Source: Desulfacinum sp. (GTDB lineage Bacteria > Desulfobacterota > Syntrophobacteria > Syntrophobacterales > DSM-9756). Taken from it: a stretch of DNA of 64,000 bases. Where the stretch lies: positions 5,856-69,855 of the forward strand of contig JACIYN010000070.1 in the NCBI GenBank assembly GCA_014359885.1. The letters run 5' to 3'. Shown piece after piece: positions 36,701 to 44,509 of the stretch (position 1 is its first letter; every line of letters starts with the position of its first letter). The position numbers and the translations under genes are program-made. The notes under the pieces are model-generated. The model had not been told where the DNA came from. It saw only the letters and a program-made list of their open reading frames with translations, and made no database searches.

Positions 36701-38780
36701 GGTTTCCATGAACCATCCCAACTATCTCATCGACAACTGGGAAGAATTCTCCAAGGTGGTGAAGAATGCCTACTGGCACCAGGAAGATTTTCCCTCACCG
36801 TTCCGGCTGGGCCGCGAGATCTTGGAAGAATGGTCCAAGGAGGGCCAAGCGGAAGCGTTCGCGGCGGATTGGATCCGCTTCCTGGTGGGAACTCACGCGG
36901 AGGCCCTTTCGGGGGGCGGGGTGCAGGAAGCGCGACAGGCCGCCGGCCGGTCGCCCGAAGGCGCGACCGAGGCGATCCTGAAGGATCCAGGGGACCTGCG
37001 GAGGGCCCTGGAAGATTTGGCGGCTCGGGTGGAAAGGGAAGAAACCGGCCGGGGATCCGTCGGGGCGGAAAGATCGGCGGTACGGTCGCGATCGCTGAAG
37101 GACTCGCTCCGGGAGGCGTTCCAGCGGCAGGCCTATCGTTTTCACCCGGATTTTACAGCAACCCCGGCGGACCTGGATCCGTCCGAAAGGGATCTTCTGC
37201 CGACCCGGCCCAACGGCAGGGAAAAGGACTTTCGGGCGCGTCTTTCCATCCCGGAAGTGGTCCACGCCTTGGTGGAGGCCGTGTCCCGAAGGTGGGAAGA
37301 AGAGGCTCAGATGGCGGGCTGGCTGGAGGATGTTCTTCTTAATTCGGCCACCCCAAGCGTGCCCCTGAGCGCTCTGGAGGCCTGGATCCGGCAGGCGCTT
37401 CGCGCGGGTTCGACTCCGAGGGACGTGGAGGAGCGGATCCGCAACTGGTTCTCCGCCCATCCCCGATGGAAGGAGGACCTCCTGACGGAATGGATCGGCC
37501 GGCTGGCGGCCATGGCCCGGTGGGAGGAACTGGTGGTCGCCTTCCCGGGCGTGGTGGTCCAGGAACTCCACGCGCCCTCTTTGCAACGGTTTGCCGAATC
37601 CCATCCGAAGTGGTTCCAGGGAATCCGTGAGGCCGTGCGCCGGCGGGGGGACTTGGATCGGGAACGGCTTCTCCACTACCTTTTCGTTCTGGCCAAGATG
37701 GAAGGCAACCTGGACGTCATAACGGGTCTGCTTCGGGAGATCCGGGAAACATCGGATGTGATCGAGGCGGCATGGCTGCAGTTCACCAAGGACAGGCTGG
37801 CCGAAGGCGTGCCGCCGACCCTGCCCCGAACCCTGCCCCCGCGGATCCCACTGCTCGCCGGCAAGCTGAAGGACTTGGATGCCCTGCACCGAGGTCTTAG
37901 ACGGGGACTTTCCCGTTCGGACAAGAAGGCCGTGGCCGATGCGGTGCGCGAATTGCTCCTCTTCATGCGGTTTCATATCGTCCAGATCCCGGAAGCGGAA
38001 GAGAACCCCAAGGTAGCCTTCCAGGCCTTCCTGGATGCTGGGTACAGCCTGGAGGGCCTGGATGCGGAGGCGCTCCGGGAAGCCTTCGACAGGGAATGGC
38101 AGCGCCGTGCGGCCCATCGGGACAACCGCATCTGGATCATGACCATGGCGGTGGCGAGACGCTGCGCGGCTCTCAGCATCGAATTGCAGGAGGCGGACCG
38201 GGCTTTTGCCAAGGTTCGGCAGAACCTGCTGAAGGAGGATGCCGCCCGTGAGATGGATTCCGTCTGCCGATGGAGGGGCGTCGCCCTGGGAAAGGTGAAG
38301 GAGCAGGTCTATCGGGAGCTTTCCGAGCTTCTGGAGCGGGAGCGGCTTGAATCTTTCCGGAAACGGATCCGTCAGATCGTCCACCAACTGGACCGCAAGC
38401 GCCTGGAGATCGTGAAGAGCTGGGTTTGCGGCGAGGTGAACCGCTTCAGCGTCTTTCATATCCTCCGGCAGCGCCAAAAAGAGGACCTGCCTCCGTCTTT
38501 CGACGACTTCCGCCGGTTCATCGTGGAGCAGTGGACGGCGAAGGTGGAAGAACTCCGCTCCGGAGAAAGGGCCGGCGCGCGGGAACGCCTGCTGGAACTG
38601 GATGAGTCGTTCCAGGCGCTCTTGGGGGTGTCTCCGCTTTCCGTGGAAGAAGAGGCCCGCGCCGAGGCCGAAGCGGCTTTGGAGTCGTGGTGGGCCGAAA
38701 GGGAGGGACAAGTGCGCCGAGCGGTGGCCCTGGCTTTTCTTAACAGTCATGGCTCCCCTCGCGCCACCTCGCATGGATGA
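33771..38780 (+). CDS. Giant (1669 aa) hypothetical protein with one RnfB/AcsC-type FeS motif
   Basis: LPGLDCGSCGEPRC...GGC near 35997-36090; remainder Leu/Glu/Arg-rich with no recognised family. Confidence 0.8.
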   Translation: MDRLNALQKIFHEVECRFPWASPPALPGEEIHREVLPVRPSSFDDFLEEEARSARAALRRTAWEAAGILGRLFGSSHGEAALVPRVEQTLRDLLRVDGFAGTEAAGDPRKACLRLFRRLWSEGVPKGAETDRRFPGMAHAARVGFFQRVPLDITPWVRWILQVEHYHRTDPDRHEERLDRYRFLRQERPDALLVEVEDVLVWTEQELFRGVPEKLADRASLCARALENRLVPALRFPEPFPALIYLLMRCHLFCLAEVVNPRDEERANAVEASRELHCLTDLMLAIYRRCLNADPLPDAAVVLEELVQEGFNVEHESFKDPYTASLVPPEETPRFDEAVVRIFAIPDSLTGDLKKDGEAASAWWLEVQGRVLGALREEVRDLRSALEHPLPRKDLLRRCVRFLVSWALSGHLREEVPSMPRLAERVRGALPEELLRRLVRQRRGFEVPTRKELQALVEKECSRQINVLEKALSDGRLEGEGDFHVMVRLAALSGMAFPDGKTWEVAATARRLEDVLERLESAVKAEDLLTRNFRFFLETPFPPAGTPFEMLEAVRCVVPREAILVALRRDGIPESEAAAAHDHVLGEFAGAFHKLAVASRRSPLSRFPAALEERDLKRILAVLVAPLRELQAPVEASALENFRSRAPLFQRRDDGLLLLSEEEWEAAVVHGALMSLGPDIRKALETQKPDRIRSFLEEQTEGWETLPDIPLRNPVSRLILNWIDPVGAGEPDPDVVQDMVARLPGLDCGSCGEPRCRQFALGLLAGRYQPGGCVHLTARQRGDLQQRLQQFAADAAGARVPRTVFQLMTDPGLWRRISDRHPLKRAVRNALDVKRQKIRRLFFQKLEALWESLDRKPDIYRRPDAEAFYRALVETVGFDAAERISEEERRWLAQHGSRRLEAEWDRLELRRDWLQLSRLKVASRPRLEEADPATLAERAYGKVFYLSQLDREDRHRVLLRRLETHEDGFSQWWNQDLVSMNHPNYLIDNWEEFSKVVKNAYWHQEDFPSPFRLGREILEEWSKEGQAEAFAADWIRFLVGTHAEALSGGGVQEARQAAGRSPEGATEAILKDPGDLRRALEDLAARVEREETGRGSVGAERSAVRSRSLKDSLREAFQRQAYRFHPDFTATPADLDPSERDLLPTRPNGREKDFRARLSIPEVVHALVEAVSRRWEEEAQMAGWLEDVLLNSATPSVPLSALEAWIRQALRAGSTPRDVEERIRNWFSAHPRWKEDLLTEWIGRLAAMARWEELVVAFPGVVVQELHAPSLQRFAESHPKWFQGIREAVRRRGDLDRERLLHYLFVLAKMEGNLDVITGLLREIRETSDVIEAAWLQFTKDRLAEGVPPTLPRTLPPRIPLLAGKLKDLDALHRGLRRGLSRSDKKAVADAVRELLLFMRFHIVQIPEAEENPKVAFQAFLDAGYSLEGLDAEALREAFDREWQRRAAHRDNRIWIMTMAVARRCAALSIELQEADRAFAKVRQNLLKEDAAREMDSVCRWRGVALGKVKEQVYRELSELLERERLESFRKRIRQIVHQLDRKRLEIVKSWVCGEVNRFSVFHILRQRQKEDLPPSFDDFRRFIVEQWTAKVEELRSGERAGARERLLELDESFQALLGVSPLSVEEEARAEAEAALESWWAEREGQVRRAVALAFLNSHGSPRATSHG

Positions 38781-38906
38781 AAGAGCGGGCCGGAGCATGG
38801 GCATTTGTCGGAACGCTGCAATATGCCATTCTCCATGAGTCACTGCGCGCCCATTGCATGGCCGGGCACCCTCATTGCGGCCTTCGCAGTTCCTACAACT
38901 AAAAAG

Positions 38907-38950
38907 ATTTGCGTCTATTCGCGTTCATTCGCGGTTCTTTTTCACGTTAA
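38907..38950. repeat. Dispersed decamer-repeat element
   Basis: ATTTGCGTCTATTCGCGTTCATTCGCGGTTCTTTTTCACGTTA. Confidence 0.7.
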
Positions 38951-38979
38951 TGGATGCAAAGGAGAAGGAGTGGGAAGCC

Positions 38980-41900
38980 ATGGAGGATATCAGTCCCTTG
39001 AATCCCACCATTCAGCCGGATCCGGAATGGTTCTTGGAACGCCTTCGGGAAGGGATGGCGTGCCGCGGCCGCGTGCGGGATACCCGGCTGCCCGAGGCCT
39101 TGGCGGCCCTGGCTGCGGTGGTGTCGGTGCTGCGCGCCGCGGTGGATGAAGTGCGGGTCCTCCTGGGGGGGGATGGAGAAAAGACGGAAGCCTTCCTTCA
39201 GGGTGTCCGCCGACACCACAGGGATCCGTGGGGAGAGGATCGGCAGGGGCGCCTGGCCGACTTTCTGGAGCGATCCCTTGCCCGAACGGATTGGCGGGAG
39301 CGGGATATGGCGGACATGGCCGTCTCCTACCTTCTGGCCATCCGCGACCGGCTGGATCCGGCCGTGGAGCGGTCCCTGGCGGTTTACCGGACGGTGTTCG
39401 AGGGGCGTCCGGAAGAGCGGGATCGGGTGACGGCCGGGCTCATCGCCGAATCCCGAGGCTGTCTGGGCGGTCTCCTGTGGGCCTACGGCAGTTTGGAAGA
39501 GCCGGACCGGCTGGGTTCCTTCGATGAAGCGCAGCTTGTCCGGTTGTGTCGCACCGTTGCCTGGATGACCGGATGCGCCGGAGACACGGGATCGGAGGGA
39601 TCGAACGCCCGGGACGAGGACGCCCGGGACCTATGGGCCCCCATGCGGAGAGCCCTGGATGCCGCCTGGGACGACCGGGGCCTGCCCTTCCCCATCAAAG
39701 ATCTGGAAAAGGCCTCCCTCTACCTCCTGGAAAGGTTCCCGGCGTCCACGCCGCATCACCGGCACTTCATTCGATACCTGTTGGAAGAGGAAGAGGCCTA
39801 CCGAAGGATCCTCAAGACCTTTTACGCCTCCGAAGAGTTGCGGCTGCGGGCGTTTCGGGAGGAAGCGGCGCGCTTCAACAGACTGCCGGAGCATGCGGCG
39901 CATCGCGTTTCCTATGGACCGGACGAGGAAGAAAACCTGGTTCGGGCCGTCTTTTTCAGGCCCGATGTGATTGAGTGTTTCGTGGCCCGGGAGCGCGCCA
40001 AGGACATCTATCAGGCCCTGCCGGGTCTGGAAACGCGCGCCTGTCTGCCCCGGGTGCTCCATGAGACCCAGGGCCTGTTCGGCTATGTGATCCCGGAGGC
40101 CTGCCGGAGGATCACCGAGTGCCTGCAGCTGGACGTGGAGGACGTCATCCGGGCTATCGCTTCCTACAAACAGTACAGCGCCGATCCTTCGGGGGAGATC
40201 CTGATCTATGTGTGCAAGGGCACGGCGTGCTTTCTTCGCGGGCAGCCCCATCTGTCCAGGGCCATCGGGCGGGCGATCGGAGCGGGACGCGAGCAGATCG
40301 GCGCCTACGGCATCCAGTATGTGGAAATGGACTGCTTCGGCGTGTGCCACCTGGCCCCGGTGATCCGGGCGGGAAACCGGTTCTACGGGAACCAGAGTCC
40401 GGAAGATATCCCCGCGTTGGTGGAACGCCTGGTGGCGGGCCCCGACTACGGCAATAAGCGTGTCTTCGTCCGGCGTCTCCTGGAAAGGCTTCTCCCCACG
40501 CTCCGAAGTGAACCGGTGGGGGAGCTCACCCTGTTCCGGCTGGGGATCGTCCGCAAAGATGCAACCCACGGGCGGTTCCCGGAAGAGGCGTGGAAGGACG
40601 ACCTGAAGGGCAGGCCGGTGATCCTGGACGGGGCGGGCCATGTTTTCGTTCCGGGCTTCGGAGGGGACGATGGGGCCGGCCGGTTGGGTCGGCTGGTGAC
40701 GGACGCGGTCTGCTTTCGCTATGCCGCCCCTTGGGGGGAAAGCGCCTACGGCGCCTTGATTCCCGATGCCCACGGCATGCTTTGCGAAGCGGTCAACGTT
40801 CCGGAATTTTGGAAGACGGACTTCTCTCAAGGGACTTTGCGACCGGTGGTGGAGGTGCGGGACGGCGAAGTCATTCTTGAGGCGGATGCGGGGCGCATCC
40901 ATTTGGGGGAGCGGGCGGACCACGTCTTCCTGGCGGAATCGGACGATCACTGGGTGCTTCTCGTTCTGGAAGAAGGGACGGGGGAAGCTTCGGCGTCGTC
41001 GCTTCCCGACGAGAGGAAGGCGGGCCCGGAATCCGGGGTCTTTGCGGCCGGGCAGGACCGGGTGGTCTTGGACTATGCGCGGAAGGGGCGTCCGGAGGAG
41101 ATCGACGATTACATGGCGGCGGGAGGCTACGAGACGGTGTACCGGGTGCTGGGCCTTCGGGGAGAAGGGCGTTGGGCGCCGGAGCGGATTGTGGAAGAGA
41201 TTTCCGCCGCACGACTTCGCGGGCGGGGGGGTGCGGGATTTCCCACGGGGAGGAAGTGGGAGGCCATGCGCCGCGCCGTCTGCCGCGTGGAGGAGGACGA
41301 CGGCAACAAGGATCCCGTGAAATTGATCGTGGCCAACGGCGATGAGGGCGATCCCGGGGCCTTCATGGACCGGACGCTCATTGAGGAAAAGCCGCATCAG
41401 GTGCTGGAGGGAATGATTCTGGCGGCCGTTGCGGTGGGGGCTCGCTACGGGGTCATCTATGTCCGAAAGGAGTACGAGGACGCGGTGCGGAGCTTGGAAA
41501 ACGCCCTGTTCCAGGCACGCCGCAAGGGCCTGCTGGGAAGGAATATCCTGGGGGTCCGGGGGCTGGATTTCGACGTGGAGATACGGCTGGGCGCGGGGGC
41601 CTTCGTGGCGGGGGAAAAGCGGGCGATCATGCGGGCCATCGAAGGAAAACCGGCGGAGCCCACCATCAACGCTCCGTCCAACACGGTGCGGGGACTGTGG
41701 GGCAAACCCACGCTCCTCAACAACGTGGAAACCTTGGCCAATATCCCGGTGATCCTGAGCCGTGGAAGCCGCTGGTACGCGTCCCTGGGGACCCCCCGGA
41801 GCGGCGGGACCAAGATCTTTTCGGTGGCGGGGATCGTGAAGCGAACCGGTCTGGTGGAGGTGCGTTTCGGCCGGACCCTGGCGGACATCATCGAGATCTG

Positions 41901-42639
41901 CGGCGGCATTCAGGAGGGAAAGAGCCTGGCCGGCGTGCAGATCGGGGGGCCTTCGGGGGCCATCTTGTCCTTGACCGGGCCTCGGGCCTACCTGCTCCAC
42001 ACCCCCTTGGATTTCGACACCTTCAACGATGCGGGGGCCATGTTGGGTTCCGGGGGCCTGGTCTTCATCGGTGACGACGATGACGTGGTGCGCCTGGCCC
42101 GTCATTTCACCGACTGGCTCACGGAGGAGTCGTGTGGTCAGTGTCCCGCCTGTTTCCGGGGGACGGCTTCCCTGGGACGGATCCTGGACAGGATTCTTCT
42201 CGGTGCCGGTACGGCCGACGACATCCACAGGCTCTGGGCTTTGGGCGATGTGGTCCAGGCGGGAAGCCAGTGCGGCCTGGGGACCACGGCGGCCAATCCG
42301 GTGACCAGCGCGCTGCGGTTCTTCCCGGCGGCCTTTCTCCATTATCTGCTGGGAAACCCGGAGATGACCCACCGGGATCTGTTCCAGTGCCTGGAGGCGC
42401 TGCGGCTGCTCACCCGTCAGGACGTGGTGCGGGGAGCGGGCAGGAGCCGTCAGGTGGTGGGAGCGAGTTTCACGCTCCGGCGCCATCTGGCGCGTTTTCT
42501 GGTGGAGGAGCTGGAACGGATGGACCGCTACCGGCCCGTCCACGAACGGAGGACCGAGCGTTTCCTGGATCTCCTGGGCCTGTCTCGGTGGGAGGCGGGA
42601 GAGCGGGAAGTGACGTGTCAGTGGACCGAAGCGGCCTGA
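38980..42639 (+). CDS. NuoE-NuoF (HydC/HydB-like) fusion flavoprotein with unknown N-terminal and inserted domains
   Basis: VCKGTAC...CFGVC [2Fe-2S]; RGRGGAGFPTGRKW, NGDEGDPGAFMDR, NNVETL, GGPSG, ESCGQCPAC...CGLG [4Fe-4S]; RBS AAGGAG. Confidence 0.9.
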   Translation: MEDISPLNPTIQPDPEWFLERLREGMACRGRVRDTRLPEALAALAAVVSVLRAAVDEVRVLLGGDGEKTEAFLQGVRRHHRDPWGEDRQGRLADFLERSLARTDWRERDMADMAVSYLLAIRDRLDPAVERSLAVYRTVFEGRPEERDRVTAGLIAESRGCLGGLLWAYGSLEEPDRLGSFDEAQLVRLCRTVAWMTGCAGDTGSEGSNARDEDARDLWAPMRRALDAAWDDRGLPFPIKDLEKASLYLLERFPASTPHHRHFIRYLLEEEEAYRRILKTFYASEELRLRAFREEAARFNRLPEHAAHRVSYGPDEEENLVRAVFFRPDVIECFVARERAKDIYQALPGLETRACLPRVLHETQGLFGYVIPEACRRITECLQLDVEDVIRAIASYKQYSADPSGEILIYVCKGTACFLRGQPHLSRAIGRAIGAGREQIGAYGIQYVEMDCFGVCHLAPVIRAGNRFYGNQSPEDIPALVERLVAGPDYGNKRVFVRRLLERLLPTLRSEPVGELTLFRLGIVRKDATHGRFPEEAWKDDLKGRPVILDGAGHVFVPGFGGDDGAGRLGRLVTDAVCFRYAAPWGESAYGALIPDAHGMLCEAVNVPEFWKTDFSQGTLRPVVEVRDGEVILEADAGRIHLGERADHVFLAESDDHWVLLVLEEGTGEASASSLPDERKAGPESGVFAAGQDRVVLDYARKGRPEEIDDYMAAGGYETVYRVLGLRGEGRWAPERIVEEISAARLRGRGGAGFPTGRKWEAMRRAVCRVEEDDGNKDPVKLIVANGDEGDPGAFMDRTLIEEKPHQVLEGMILAAVAVGARYGVIYVRKEYEDAVRSLENALFQARRKGLLGRNILGVRGLDFDVEIRLGAGAFVAGEKRAIMRAIEGKPAEPTINAPSNTVRGLWGKPTLLNNVETLANIPVILSRGSRWYASLGTPRSGGTKIFSVAGIVKRTGLVEVRFGRTLADIIEICGGIQEGKSLAGVQIGGPSGAILSLTGPRAYLLHTPLDFDTFNDAGAMLGSGGLVFIGDDDDVVRLARHFTDWLTEESCGQCPACFRGTASLGRILDRILLGAGTADDIHRLWALGDVVQAGSQCGLGTTAANPVTSALRFFPAAFLHYLLGNPEMTHRDLFQCLEALRLLTRQDVVRGAGRSRQVVGASFTLRRHLARFLVEELERMDRYRPVHERRTERFLDLLGLSRWEAGEREVTCQWTEAA

Positions 42640-42690
42640 TGAAACGGCCTGCTGCGGAAAACACCCCGACCGGGTGGAAAGGAGGGGGTC

Positions 42691-43260
42691 ATGACGGAAA
42701 AGGAAAGGAGCTATCTCAACGCTTTCCGGCAGGTGGTGCGGGCCGTGAGCGCCACCCTGGACGTGGGGGAGGTGCTGGATCTTCTCGTCCAAACCCTGCC
42801 CCAGGTGCTGGACGTGAAGGCGTGCGCGGTTCGTTTGCTGGATCCCAAGAAAAGGACGCTGGAGCTGGTGGCGTCCCACGGGTTGAGCGAAGCCTATGTG
42901 CACAAGGGCCCCGTGGATGCGGATCAGAGCATCGCCGAGGCCATGGAAGGAAAGACCGTGGTGATTCGAGACGCCGCCACCGACCCCAGGGCCCAGTACG
43001 GGGAGGCGGCCAAGGCCGAGGGGATCTCGGGCATCTGTTCCGTCCCCCTGGCGGTGAAGGGGAGGATCATCGGCGTGTTGCGCCTCTACACGGCCGAGCC
43101 CAGGGATTTCGACGAGGATGAAATCCGATTCGTGGAAGCGCTGGGGGAGCTTGGGGCCATCGCCATCGAAAACGCCCGGATGTACGAACGGCTCAAGAAG
43201 GACTACGAGGAGGTCATGGCGGACGTTTTTCGGTTCGTGGGCTACCGGCGGAGCCTCTGA
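42691..43260 (+). CDS. Stand-alone GAF domain protein
   Basis: LVASHGLSEAY, SVPL..KGRIIGVL, AIAIENARMY. Confidence 0.85.
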   Translation: MTEKERSYLNAFRQVVRAVSATLDVGEVLDLLVQTLPQVLDVKACAVRLLDPKKRTLELVASHGLSEAYVHKGPVDADQSIAEAMEGKTVVIRDAATDPRAQYGEAAKAEGISGICSVPLAVKGRIIGVLRLYTAEPRDFDEDEIRFVEALGELGAIAIENARMYERLKKDYEEVMADVFRFVGYRRSL

Positions 43261-43398
43261 GTTTCAATTCCCAGCGGAATGGTCGACATAGAACATGGAA
43301 ATGACAGAATAATTCAAGATATTGTGCGAATCGTCCGAAATCGAATGTAAGGGTTTTTGAGCGTTCCGATAGACGGGCTTATGGGAAAGGTGAGGGCC

Positions 43399-44445
43399 AT
43401 GGCCGTAAAGACAGCCGCGGGGCAAGCTTCGGACGACCTCGACTTTCGTAAGGCCGAAGCCCGTTCTCTCCCGAAGGAACTGAACCTGCGGGAGCTCGGA
43501 TACGTGCCGTTCCGATTGGAATACCTCTTTTCCGAATATGCTGTTCCGTGTGCCCTCTACGTCCCTGTTCTCGTTCAGGGAGAAGAACTTCCCCATTTCG
43601 TGAAGGTCCTGGAGCCGGGCCAGCTTTTTTCCGAGGATTGGCGCCTGAGACTTCTGGACGAGCAGATCACCGTCCTATACGCTGAGAAGGGGGATCTGGA
43701 GGCCATAGACGAGTACTTCAAGGAGGTCGTGGAGGCCGCTTTGGAGGACTCGTGGCTGAGCATGCAAGATCAGGCGGCCATGCTTCGGGCGTACGGTGCC
43801 TTCTTGGCCGAGGGCATCTTCGAGGATCCTCACCACCCGGGCACCTTCGAGGCGGCGGCCTGGTGGGCGGATGCGACGGCCAGGTTCCTGTTCCAAAGGT
43901 CACCCGGAGCGGCGGTTCTCTATCGTCTCTTCTCGAAAAACTATCAAGCCTACCTGCATAGCGTGCAAGTGTCCTTGCTGGTGATGGCCGTGTGCAGGGC
44001 CATGGCGTGGCGGAACCAGGATGTTCGGGATGCAGGCGTGGCCGCCCTTTACCACGACATGGGGAAAGCCTGGGTGGATTCCCGGATTCTCCACAAGCCG
44101 GGCTCTCTCACGCGCGAGGAGTTTGCCCACATCCGCCGGCACCCCCTGCAGGCCCACGAACATCTGAAAAAGATGGGGTGGATGAACGCCAATCAACTGG
44201 AAGGCGTCCTGTCCCACCACGAGTCCATGGACGGGACGGGCTATCCCCACGGACTCAAAGGGACCGACATCCATCCCTATGCCCGCGTGATCCACGTGGT
44301 AGACTGCTTCGATGCCATCACCACGGACCGCCCCTACCGGCTTCGCACCTCCCCCTACAAGGCCTTGAAGCTCATGCAAAATGAGATGAGGCTTTCCTTC
44401 GATCACCACATTCTGTATAAATTCATTCAGTTCCTTGGTTCATGA
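43399..44445 (+). CDS. HD-GYP domain protein (c-di-GMP phosphodiesterase-like)
   Basis: YHDMGK, HHESMDGTGYPHGL, DAITTDRPYR. Confidence 0.88.
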   Translation: MAVKTAAGQASDDLDFRKAEARSLPKELNLRELGYVPFRLEYLFSEYAVPCALYVPVLVQGEELPHFVKVLEPGQLFSEDWRLRLLDEQITVLYAEKGDLEAIDEYFKEVVEAALEDSWLSMQDQAAMLRAYGAFLAEGIFEDPHHPGTFEAAAWWADATARFLFQRSPGAAVLYRLFSKNYQAYLHSVQVSLLVMAVCRAMAWRNQDVRDAGVAALYHDMGKAWVDSRILHKPGSLTREEFAHIRRHPLQAHEHLKKMGWMNANQLEGVLSHHESMDGTGYPHGLKGTDIHPYARVIHVVDCFDAITTDRPYRLRTSPYKALKLMQNEMRLSFDHHILYKFIQFLGS

Positions 44446-44450
44446 CCCTA

Positions 44451-44481
44451 GCCGGTACGCGCCGTCGCCGGCGTTTTTTTT
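44451..44481 (+). terminator. Probable intrinsic terminator after the HD-GYP gene
   Basis: GCCGG...CCGGC stem followed by T8. Confidence 0.5.
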
Positions 44482-44509
44482 CACCGCAGTCAGGAGGGGC
44501 AGGTGCGTT

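Noticed and set aside
38980-42639. Respiratory complex I or hydrogenase operon
   Set aside because: No other nuo, hydrogenase or formate dehydrogenase subunits nearby; the NuoEF module is fused to unrelated domains
29271-42903. Very long antisense ORFs (1256, 1008, 682, 1090 aa) opposite the giant genes, and similar shadows elsewhere
   Set aside because: Expected stop-poor antisense frames in a high-GC3 genome; no motifs, and the sense strand carries the recognisable domains
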